Virus record (IMG/VR): IMGVR_UViG_2974791188_000001
Location: 5,603-69,602 of that record
Origin: a virus
Strand: one strand, 5' to 3'
DNA: 64,000 nt
Both the position numbers and the translations under genes were made by a program. The notes under the pieces are model-generated. The model was not told the origin of the DNA, did not search any database, and was given only the letters and a program-made list of their open reading frames with translations. Shown here piece by piece: positions 38,148-46,246 of this stretch. Every line of letters begins with the position of its first letter. Within the stretch, counting starts at the first letter, position 1.

Positions 38148-38938
38148 GCACTGGGAAAACAAACTCGCGGCGAGTTCTGATCGGCGACCGTCAAGCGGTC
38201 GAGAAGCGGGCCACAATCTTCGCGTCCCGTGGGATACCGCTGACGCTTGACGTGGACCCGATTGCCCGTCACGTGAACACGCTCATGGATTGGGGTTTGC
38301 CCCCTAACTCGATAGCTGCTGCGGCCGGTGTGAACGTGGATACGGTGTTCTCGGTTGCGAACGGTGAGCGCGAAAGTCGGGTACATCTTCGGGTTGGCCG
38401 ATCTCTTTTGGCGGTCGGGGCCAAGCCGGTTCCCGCCCAAGAGGGCCACACCGTTCTCGCGATCGGCGCGCGGCGCAGACTCCAAGCGCTACGCCGGATT
38501 GGCTACAACCTCAAGCTCCTCGATGAGTTGTTGGAGTCGCGGGATCTCGCATACCGGATCGAGAAGCAACTCACCATCACCTACGGCATCTGGATGAAGG
38601 TGGACGCCTTGTACCGGGCCAAGAGCCACGTAGCAGGCCCCTCATCCAGGGCCAAGATCCACGCTGAGCGGCAGGGCTGGCCCGACCCGTTCGATTGGGA
38701 GACGGCGAATATCGACGACCCCACGTCTTGGCCGAAGGAACTACCCAAGCCGGAATCTGCGCAGGTGACTGCCCGTCGACAGGGTGTGGCGTTGCTCGGT
38801 AAGGGCCTGTCTCACAAGGCGGTGGCCGCGAAGGTCGGTGTTGCGGAGCGCACTGTTGCCCGCTGGTCAACACAGATGAAGGAGGTCAATGACGGACGAA
38901 ACGACCCAGATTCACAGTCACTCGGATTGGTGGCGTGA
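38144..38938 (+). CDS. multi-HTH DNA-binding protein
   Basis: GTGA overlap start; C-terminal HTH LLGKGLSHKAVAAKVGVAERTVARW plus internal HTH-like IAAAAGVNVDTVFSV. Confidence 0.5.
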   Translation: MSTGKTNSRRVLIGDRQAVEKRATIFASRGIPLTLDVDPIARHVNTLMDWGLPPNSIAAAAGVNVDTVFSVANGERESRVHLRVGRSLLAVGAKPVPAQEGHTVLAIGARRRLQALRRIGYNLKLLDELLESRDLAYRIEKQLTITYGIWMKVDALYRAKSHVAGPSSRAKIHAERQGWPDPFDWETANIDDPTSWPKELPKPESAQVTARRQGVALLGKGLSHKAVAAKVGVAERTVARWSTQMKEVNDGRNDPDSQSLGLVA

Positions 38939-39195
38939 GCACTGGGGTTGGGCACTTGATGAACAACGAGAGGCTGGAAGTTTTGAAGAGAACCGCTAAG
39001 TGGATTGTCGGCGTGGTGGCGGGCTTGCTGCTCCTGCTGGCACTGGCGGGCTGTAGTGGCGGCACCGAGTACGAAGGCCCGGACGACTACACCGCGAAGA
39101 TCGTCGAGCTGCGGGACGGACGGGAGCTGACCTGCATTGTGTTCGGCATGGGGCAGGACCAGATGATGAGCTGCGATTGGGAGAACGCCAAGTGA
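38935..39195 (+). CDS. putative lipoprotein
   Basis: LLLLLALAGC lipobox; GTGA overlap. Confidence 0.45.
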   Translation: MSTGVGHLMNNERLEVLKRTAKWIVGVVAGLLLLLALAGCSGGTEYEGPDDYTAKIVELRDGRELTCIVFGMGQDQMMSCDWENAK

Positions 39196-39371
39196 CCTAC
39201 CTGCTAGCGCTGTTGTGGCTGGCAGGCATCCTGATCTGCGCATTCCCCCCGTCACGATTCGTGGTGTGGGTAGCCGGCCGAAAGCTTAGCGCCGTCGACT
39301 CGATCGAACGGTTCATAGCACCCCGACCGCTCCTGTGGAGGTTCTGGAATCCCACCGTCATCACGACGTAA
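39192..39371 (+). CDS. small membrane protein
   Basis: GTGA overlap; hydrophobic helix. Confidence 0.4.
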   Translation: MTYLLALLWLAGILICAFPPSRFVVWVAGRKLSAVDSIERFIAPRPLLWRFWNPTVITT

Positions 39372-39399
39372 ATGCACGATCTGCAAGAAGCCGGTCCTC

Positions 39400-39579
39400 A
39401 TGGACCAAGGCACCCGCCACCTGGTGTGTTCGGAAGTGTGCGACGTCTGCTTCAACCCCATCCCGTCAACTGACGTGGACGCATTGAGCTACCGCCACTC
39501 CTACTGCACCCCAAAGACTTCTAAGGGTCGAGGGGCTAAGCCTAAGCAGGCTGAGGAGCTGGAAGAAGGCTTGATCTGA
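39400..39579 (+). CDS. small Cys-rich (zinc-ribbon-like) protein
   Basis: 59-aa ORF below the ORF-track threshold; CSEVCDVC...C pattern; ATGA-coupled to downstream HNH gene. Confidence 0.3.
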   Translation: MDQGTRHLVCSEVCDVCFNPIPSTDVDALSYRHSYCTPKTSKGRGAKPKQAEELEEGLI

Positions 39580-39920
39580 TGACCGACGAGCCATTCGACA
39601 ACCAGAAGAAGTGCAGAGCGATCCTCGCTAACCGCTCAGACGGCATATGCGAACGATGCTGCGCCGCACCCGCCCAATCAGTGCACCACCGCCGCAAACG
39701 CGGCCAAGGCGGACCCTGGTCCCCCACCAACTGTGTGCACATCTGCGGAGACGGCACACGCGGCTGCCACGGCTGGATCGAAGGACACCCCAACGCCGCA
39801 CGAGAAGAAGGCTTCCACGTGCGGTCCTACGAAGACGAATCCCAGGTCCCAGTACTCATCTGGGGAACCCTGGTCTACCTAGACGATGAAGGAGGCACAA
39901 CACGTGTCGACGAACGGTAA
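39579..39920 (+). CDS. HNH endonuclease
   Basis: CERCC...VHHRRKRGQGGPWSPTNCVHICGDGTRGCH. Confidence 0.6.
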   Translation: MTDEPFDNQKKCRAILANRSDGICERCCAAPAQSVHHRRKRGQGGPWSPTNCVHICGDGTRGCHGWIEGHPNAAREEGFHVRSYEDESQVPVLIWGTLVYLDDEGGTTRVDER

Positions 39921-40098
39921 ATCCCACCTGACCACCCCGGCGTTCTCGGTGTACGGCGAAGAGGCGTCAGTCCTCGTCCGACCGTCCACCAAGCACAAGG
40001 GCGGAATCATGCTCAACCAGGCATCCTCATGGGTGCACCTGGACCCCGGCATGGTCGATGCAGTTCAGGATGCGATCGACCAACTCACCGGCAACTGA
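39904..40098 (+). CDS. hypothetical protein
   Basis: GTG 39904 with AAGGAGG 8 nt upstream. Confidence 0.4.
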   Translation: MSTNGKSHLTTPAFSVYGEEASVLVRPSTKHKGGIMLNQASSWVHLDPGMVDAVQDAIDQLTGN

Positions 40099-40302
40099 TT
40101 GCCGTGGGTACCGATCCCCGGACTTACCGGCACCGCTAACGCGCTCTACGCCGAAAACCAGTCACTCATTGAGTGGATGGAGGCCAACGTAGACATAGCC
40201 CCCGACGAAGAAGTCGAGCAGGTTGTGGACATGCTGATCCGAGTCGGCAAGAAAATCGACGCTCTCGACAACTCAGGGCTACGTCTCAGCCTCCTGAAAT
40301 GA
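40099..40302 (+). CDS. hypothetical protein
   Basis: 67 aa, TTG start. Confidence 0.3.
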   Translation: MPWVPIPGLTGTANALYAENQSLIEWMEANVDIAPDEEVEQVVDMLIRVGKKIDALDNSGLRLSLLK

Positions 40303-40478
40303 CAGGGTCGGTTGCTACCTTTCATCCATCGGCCTTTCGAGGGCCGGGGTCGTCTAGCAAACGATGCGGAGCCGTCAGACGGGGATCTCTTGTCGTGCCT
40401 CACATAGCCCCGAAGTATCAGGCTTGAAGTTGTGGCGCACGACGGTTTACTCAGCGATGGCGATAGCGTGGCTCCGCA

Positions 40479-40520
40479 GGGGAAGCCCCTTCTGGGGGAC
40501 TCTAGGGGGCACTCTTCCCC
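40479..40520. promoter_or_regulatory. nested GC inverted repeat upstream of dnaB (terminator/attenuator or origin-associated)
   Basis: GGGGAAG cccc ttct ggggg ... CTTCCCC nested hairpins in a 257-nt noncoding gap. Confidence 0.3.
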
Positions 40521-40559
40521 TGTGGTGAACGTTGGAGCTGTCCGGAAAGGACATGCCCA

Positions 40560-41870
40560 TTGGTAGATGTTCTCAAGCGTGCGATTGATTCCACTAATCG
40601 TCACACTGATGAACAGATCCTTGTAGCAGCGTTGACTAGCTTCACCCTCAGGGATGAAGTCAAAGAGCTGGTGCCCCATCTAGCGGGTGCCGACTTCTAC
40701 AACGCGAACTACGGGAAAATCTGGGATGCAGCGGTAGGTCTCGTTGAAGACTCGCGCATCCTGTCCGTCGAGAATCTGTTGGGCAAGGTTAAGTCCGATG
40801 CCCAGAAGCAGATCCTTGACGATCTAGCCGGTACCCCGGTGCGACTGATTGAGGTCACGAGGGGTATCGAGATTGTTAAGAACGAGGCGATGAAGCGTCG
40901 CCTGTTCGAGGCGATGAGGGAATCCGCACAAACAGCCTCGTCGGCTGACAGTGTTGGTGAGGCGTTGGATGCCTTCCACACGAACTTGCAGCGGATCAAC
41001 GGTGAAGAGGTTGCAGCAGCTTCGGCCGGTATCGGTGAGGCGATCGGCGACTTCTGGCAAGACCTGGATCTCCCCGAGGATGAGAAAGAGCCACCGTTCC
41101 CTACGCCGTGGCTTGAACTGGATGAACGCCTTAACGGCGGGCTTAGGCGTGGCCGTCTCTACATTTGGGGCGGCCGTCCGGGTGAGGGTAAGAGCTTAGC
41201 TTGCTGCAACATTGCGGGCTTGGCTGCTGAGCGTGGCCTTAAGTCCATCTACTTCACTGCGGAAATGTCTAAGGGTGAGGTGACGGCCCGGATCTTGTGT
41301 GCGGGTGCTCAGGCTGATTACGGCCAGATCACTCGTGGGGACGTGGACGCTGCCAACCGGGCGATACTCTCTAATTACTCGGATGAGATCAAGGATGCTG
41401 ACCTTGAGATCGTGGACAAGCCTTCTATCTCGATCCGCGATATTCGGGCTATGTCTGCCGCTAAGCATCGTGCGGGTGGTCTTGACATTGTGTTCGTGGA
41501 CTACTTGCAGATGATCCAGCCTGATGACAAGTCGATTCCTCGTGAGCAGCAGGTGGCGGGTATCTCGTCTTCGCTCAAGGTGTTGGCTCGTCAGTTGAAT
41601 GTGGCTGTGGTGTGCGCGGTCCAGTTGAACCGTCCGCCTCAGCAGCAGGGGCGCGATAATTCGGGCGGGTCTAAGCCTCGTCCGACGTTGGAGTCGATTC
41701 GTGAGTCTGACCGTATCGGCCAGGACGCGGATGTGGTGATCTTGAATCACTGCCCTAATGGCAATACGCAGGCGGGTGTGGAGATGGAGTTCTGCATGCC
41801 GAAGTGTCGCACTGGCCGTCCGGGTGTGGTTAAGCGGATATGGCGGGCGGATCAAGCCCGGATTCAGTGA
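40560..41870 (+). CDS. dnaB: DnaB-family replicative helicase
   Basis: N-terminal DnaB domain; Walker A GGRPGEGKSLACCNIAG; DnaB-type C-terminal motifs; TTG start after GGAAAGGA. Confidence 0.85.
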   Translation: MVDVLKRAIDSTNRHTDEQILVAALTSFTLRDEVKELVPHLAGADFYNANYGKIWDAAVGLVEDSRILSVENLLGKVKSDAQKQILDDLAGTPVRLIEVTRGIEIVKNEAMKRRLFEAMRESAQTASSADSVGEALDAFHTNLQRINGEEVAAASAGIGEAIGDFWQDLDLPEDEKEPPFPTPWLELDERLNGGLRRGRLYIWGGRPGEGKSLACCNIAGLAAERGLKSIYFTAEMSKGEVTARILCAGAQADYGQITRGDVDAANRAILSNYSDEIKDADLEIVDKPSISIRDIRAMSAAKHRAGGLDIVFVDYLQMIQPDDKSIPREQQVAGISSSLKVLARQLNVAVVCAVQLNRPPQQQGRDNSGGSKPRPTLESIRESDRIGQDADVVILNHCPNGNTQAGVEMEFCMPKCRTGRPGVVKRIWRADQARIQ

Positions 41871-42080
41871 TCTGTCAGACGTGCGGTGCGGAGCTTTTGT
41901 GGTCTCCGTTTGGCCCTATCACTGAGTGGGGTTACGTCTGTCGGGATGACTACAACCCCACGTATGTGGGTCTGGATAACGAGGGCCTACACGTGGTAGC
42001 CCCGTTCACCTTTTAGCCCGTCTACGGGCTTCTCAGGCCGCGCAATCGCGGTTCTGTTCTCTAACCAAGGAGTTACATAT

Positions 42081-42443
42081 ATGGCAATGCCGACTATTTC
42101 TGGCAGCAACGCAACTGTCTTCGGCGGCAAGGATCAGGAACTCAAGTACGACGTCGGCCAGTACGGTGCCTACGTCCTGTTCAACCTGGGCATGCAGAAG
42201 GCCAAGAAGGACCAGTACGGCGAGTGGGAGACGACCGCTAAGACCACCATTAAAGCTGCCGCCTACGGTGAGCTTGCCGAGTTCATTAAGGACAACATTC
42301 AGCATCTCGACAAGGTCGACTTCACGGCCGAGATGACCGGTGTTGACCTGTGGGAAGGCAAGGACGGCACCCAGGCCAACATTCAGGTGAAGATCCTCAC
42401 CATTGGTGCACCGTTCCGTAAGAAGGAAGATTCGGGTTACTGA
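42081..42443 (+). CDS. hypothetical protein (strong RBS)
   Basis: AAGGAG before ATG; 120 aa. Confidence 0.5.
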   Translation: MAMPTISGSNATVFGGKDQELKYDVGQYGAYVLFNLGMQKAKKDQYGEWETTAKTTIKAAAYGELAEFIKDNIQHLDKVDFTAEMTGVDLWEGKDGTQANIQVKILTIGAPFRKKEDSGY

Positions 42444-42682
42444 TGAGTCACCCGGTACTTGAGTCTCTGGACTTCGAGGCTCGCTGCGAGTGCGAGTGGG
42501 TTCGTCCGGGTGAGACTCGGTCTCGTCGCTGTCACTACGGTTCGCCGGATCATCTGGTGACCTTGGTGACGCCTAAGAAGACGGTGGCCCGCCGAGCTGT
42601 GTGTGGGGGCTGCTTGGAGCGTTTGGAGTTTTCGGGCCGTCTGGTCGGCACGTGGAAGTCTTCCGCGTTGTCACCTGCCTGA
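42443..42682 (+). CDS. Cys-rich small protein
   Basis: ATGA overlap; CECEW...C..C pattern. Confidence 0.4.
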   Translation: MSHPVLESLDFEARCECEWVRPGETRSRRCHYGSPDHLVTLVTPKKTVARRAVCGGCLERLEFSGRLVGTWKSSALSPA

Positions 42683-42830
42683 TTGGACTCCGAGGAGTGG
42701 GAGGGGGTGGCCGACTACTATTGCCAGTTTCTTGGTGAGCATGGTCGGCCCCCTTCCGTCTCTGAGATATGGGAACACCGTACTTCCCAGAATGCTGTGC
42801 GGGAACAAACCCTTTTGGAAGGAACACTCT

Positions 42831-43619
42831 TTGAGTGAATTTGACCCTGTAGCGATGCCTAAGCATTACAACGGGTTTTCGTCAGGTGCTCAGCCGATTG
42901 ATATTGCGCGGGACCTGACGTTCTGTGGCGGCAATATCGTCAAGTATGCGGCCCGGTCGACCCGCTTGGATAACGAGCACAACAAGGGTGACCGTGTCGA
43001 GGATCTTCGCAAGGTCATCCAGTACGCGGAGTTTGAGATTGCCCGTCTTGAGGGTGAGCAGTCGCGGCCTAAGCATGCGGCCGATCCGGTTGAGGCGTAC
43101 CTGGACAGTCAGGACGACGCGGACGCGTGGGAGGTGGATGACGATGACGACTACTGCGCGGATGACGACGACTATGGTCCCGCCGATCCGGCACCCGTCG
43201 AAGTAGGCCCCGGCGAGTACTTCCGCGTCACCCGCAACAACTTCCACGTCGGCTTCCCTCCTTACCATCCTGCCGAGGTTGGCGCAGTAGTTAAGTCGGT
43301 TGCCACCCAGCACGGCTCTCACCGATTCCAGTACTGCGAGGCCATGCCTGCAAACACCATCTGGGTTGCCCCGGAGCACTTGGAGCCTTACACCCCGCGA
43401 GTCGGGGACAAGATCCGAGTCACGCCGAACGGCGACGATTACCACAGTGTGAACACTGGCGCGGTCGGTGAGATCGCCAAGGGTGCAGACGAAGACGGCG
43501 ACTACCTCGGATCGTTCGCCGCCACCGACTACACCGACTACGGCATGTTCGGATACGTGGCCGATCCGTTCACCCAGTGGCTCCGACCCGAAGACTTCGA
43601 GCCGGTGCTTGCCCCTTGA
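42831..43619 (+). CDS. DUF3310-like protein with acidic linker and extra C-terminal domain
   Basis: PKHYNGFSSGAQPIDI...IVKYAARSTRLDNEHNKGDRVEDLRKVIQYAEFE resembles DUF3310 core; poly-Asp linker; start TTG 42831 or ATG 42855. Confidence 0.5.
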   Translation: MSEFDPVAMPKHYNGFSSGAQPIDIARDLTFCGGNIVKYAARSTRLDNEHNKGDRVEDLRKVIQYAEFEIARLEGEQSRPKHAADPVEAYLDSQDDADAWEVDDDDDYCADDDDYGPADPAPVEVGPGEYFRVTRNNFHVGFPPYHPAEVGAVVKSVATQHGSHRFQYCEAMPANTIWVAPEHLEPYTPRVGDKIRVTPNGDDYHSVNTGAVGEIAKGADEDGDYLGSFAATDYTDYGMFGYVADPFTQWLRPEDFEPVLAP

Positions 43620-44014
43620 CCCTGACCGTGTTCGTGCCCGGAGAACCAGCACCACAGGGCAGTAAGAAACACGTCGGCCGGGGAATCATGGTCGAAGCGT
43701 CAAAGAAGCTGGCCCCGTGGCGGAAACAAGTCGCTTCCGTCGTGGGGTCGGCCTACACGGGCGAACTAGTGGAAGGCCCCGTAGAGGGAAGTCTCATGTT
43801 CGTCATGCCAAGACCTAAGTACTTGGCTAAGAAAGCCACTCCCCTGCATATCAAGCGTCCGGACGTGGACAAGTTGACCCGCGCTGTTCTGGACGGGATC
43901 ACCGGCGTCTACCTCAAGGACGACTCTCAGGCATACAAGCTGCTCGTCGAGAAGCGGACTGCCGAGCTTGATGAGGAACCGGGGGTGCACATCGACCTTA
44001 AGGAAACCATCTAA
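43616..44014 (+). CDS. RusA-like Holliday junction resolvase
   Basis: TVFVPGEPAPQGSKKH ... IKRPDVDKLTRAVLDGITGVYLKDDSQ (PD.D..K); TTGA overlap start. Confidence 0.7.
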   Translation: MTLTVFVPGEPAPQGSKKHVGRGIMVEASKKLAPWRKQVASVVGSAYTGELVEGPVEGSLMFVMPRPKYLAKKATPLHIKRPDVDKLTRAVLDGITGVYLKDDSQAYKLLVEKRTAELDEEPGVHIDLKETI

Positions 44015-44701
44015 GTGAAGTACTACGGCGGGCGAGATCCGCACGCGGTGACTGAGGAGTTGCCGGCCGATTTGGACTACGAGCACCTAAAGGTGCTGTG
44101 GGATGCGCGGGAGCAGCAACGCTACGCGGTCGCTGACTGGATGCAGCAGGCGACAGCTCTTCCCACCGAAGTGCACATGGATGAGGACGTGGCTGAGAAG
44201 CTGCGCCGTGTCGCTACGCGGGAGAAGCTGCGGCCCGATGCGGCCGAGCTGGCAGACCAGATACCCGATGTTGTTGGTTGGCTCCGTGCCCGGATGACGA
44301 TGCGCGGCCAGGCCAGTGACGATGAAGTGACCAGCCACGCTAAGCCCGGTTCTAAGCCTCCGTTCCGGTTGGCGTACATGAGTGCTGCGGATCGTGAGGT
44401 TGCGGCGCTCGCTTACTGGTGTGCGCATTACGGCATCTATCCGAGTTCGCCGATGTGGCGGGTTGACGGTCAGGTTGCTGGGGTGTTTCCGGATCATCTG
44501 GATTGCGTGTCTGAGATGGCTAAGTCCCTTAGTGAGGCGATTAGGGGTCGGCCGCTTGCTGAGGGGATCTATACCGATCCCGAGTTCGGGTTGTGGGCGG
44601 TGCGGTCGTCGCATTATGCGGTGTGGCCTGAGCTGGCAACCATTTTTGAGCCGGAGCTTGTGGCTAAGGCCCTTCCGGAGACTCAGGAGTCATTGTTTTG
44701 A
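44015..44701 (+). CDS. hypothetical protein
   Basis: 228 aa; GTG start. Confidence 0.5.
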   Translation: MKYYGGRDPHAVTEELPADLDYEHLKVLWDAREQQRYAVADWMQQATALPTEVHMDEDVAEKLRRVATREKLRPDAAELADQIPDVVGWLRARMTMRGQASDDEVTSHAKPGSKPPFRLAYMSAADREVAALAYWCAHYGIYPSSPMWRVDGQVAGVFPDHLDCVSEMAKSLSEAIRGRPLAEGIYTDPEFGLWAVRSSHYAVWPELATIFEPELVAKALPETQESLF

Positions 44702-45045
44702 AACTGCGTGTTGAGTATGAAATTCCGGAGGATCAGCACGAGCGGGTGCGGTTGCAGGCGAAGCTTTCGGAGCTGGATTCGTTGCTGTCGTGGGTGGAGC
44801 CGTGGAAGCGGACTGTCAGCCTGATTGACGATGATCCGCTACCGGCGTGTGCGACTGAGAAGAAGTCGAGATACCAGCCGGTGTGCGGTAGCTGTCGTGA
44901 GCCGATCCAGGCGACCGAATGGTGGGGCTATCACCAACGCCTGTCCTCATACGTGCATCTCAACGCCCCCTGCTGGCACAACCTGTACGGGGAGGACGTC
45001 AGCGGCCACACGATGATGCTCGGTTCGGGGGGTGTGCCCGCGTGA
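44698..45045 (+). CDS. Cys-containing hypothetical protein
   Basis: 115 aa; TTGA overlap. Confidence 0.4.
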   Translation: MKLRVEYEIPEDQHERVRLQAKLSELDSLLSWVEPWKRTVSLIDDDPLPACATEKKSRYQPVCGSCREPIQATEWWGYHQRLSSYVHLNAPCWHNLYGEDVSGHTMMLGSGGVPA

Positions 45046-45971
45046 CCTTTCTAGTTGCTATGCGGGGGCTTCCCGCGTCAGGCAAGACCACCCGTGCCCG
45101 CGAGATCGCTAAGGAAACCGGGGCTGTCGTTGTCGGCCGCGACTTCGAGCGCTTCCAGATGTTCGGGGAATGGTGGACCGGTAAGAACGAGCATGAGAAT
45201 GCCGTGACGGTTGCGCTTAACGCTAAGGTTCGGGCCTTGCTTAAGGACGATCAATCCGTGATCGTTGATAACACCCACGTTCAGCTTCGCCTCCTCAAAG
45301 CCTGGGCCAAGATTGCGTCCGAATGTGGGGCAACTTTCCACGTCGAGGACGTGAAGACGCCGGTCGAAACCTGCCTGTTCCGCGACATGCAGCGCCAAGC
45401 CAACGGTGAGCGCTGGGTCGGCGAGGACGTCATTAACCGAATGGCTAAGCAAATCAACTGGGGGCAGGTTAAGCCCGTCCCGCCGATCGTGGTCAAGCCG
45501 CTCGAACCGTGGGAAACGCAATGGGATGCACCAGCCGCGATCATCGTCGACATTGACGGCACCCTGGCCCACATGCGGGAAGTCAACGGCACTGTTCGTA
45601 GCCCGTATGACTACAGCCGCGTTCACGAAGATGCCGTAGACCCCGCTATCCGCCAGATGGTCATTGACTATGACGCGATGGACGGAGACGTGATCGTCTG
45701 CTCTGGCCGAGACGATGACTGCCGGGACGTCACCGAAGCATGGCTGTGCGCCCACGGCGTGCCGTTCGATGAGCTGCTGATGCGGCCGAAGGATGCACGG
45801 GACGCTAACGGCAACAAGCTCCCGGACTGGATCGTTAAGTACAACCTGTTCAACGAACACATTCGCGGCCAATACGACGTGGAATATGTGCTCGATGACC
45901 GCAATCAGGTTGTGGACATGTGGCGGGCGCTCGGGCTTAAGTGCCTCCAAGTGCAGCCGGGAGACTTCTGA
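45042..45971 (+). CDS. polynucleotide 5'-kinase / 3'-phosphatase (Pnkp-like)
   Basis: N-terminal P-loop GLPASGKTT kinase; C-terminal HAD phosphatase IIVDIDGTL; GTGA overlap start. Confidence 0.75.
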   Translation: MTFLVAMRGLPASGKTTRAREIAKETGAVVVGRDFERFQMFGEWWTGKNEHENAVTVALNAKVRALLKDDQSVIVDNTHVQLRLLKAWAKIASECGATFHVEDVKTPVETCLFRDMQRQANGERWVGEDVINRMAKQINWGQVKPVPPIVVKPLEPWETQWDAPAAIIVDIDGTLAHMREVNGTVRSPYDYSRVHEDAVDPAIRQMVIDYDAMDGDVIVCSGRDDDCRDVTEAWLCAHGVPFDELLMRPKDARDANGNKLPDWIVKYNLFNEHIRGQYDVEYVLDDRNQVVDMWRALGLKCLQVQPGDF

Positions 45972-46246
45972 TGGCAGACGAACCGAACGTTATCGAACTC
46001 AAGTCGCCTAGCGAGAAGGTCATCACCCTTGTGCATCCCTTCCCGCCTGGTATGGCGGCGCAAGTCCTTGAAGAACTCAAGATCATGCGCGGCGGGTTCG
46101 ACGAAATGATTGGCGACCTCCAAAAGCGTGTCGATCAGATGCGCGCGGCGGGCCTTGTGGAGCCTGCCCCGGTCGCTTACCTCGATGATTACCGGGCACG
46201 TAAGGCCGCTAAGGCGAGTGCTCTTGAACCTAAGGATATTGGTTGA
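45971..46246 (+). CDS. hypothetical protein
   Basis: ATG in TGATG overlap. Confidence 0.45.
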   Translation: MADEPNVIELKSPSEKVITLVHPFPPGMAAQVLEELKIMRGGFDEMIGDLQKRVDQMRAAGLVEPAPVAYLDDYRARKAAKASALEPKDIG

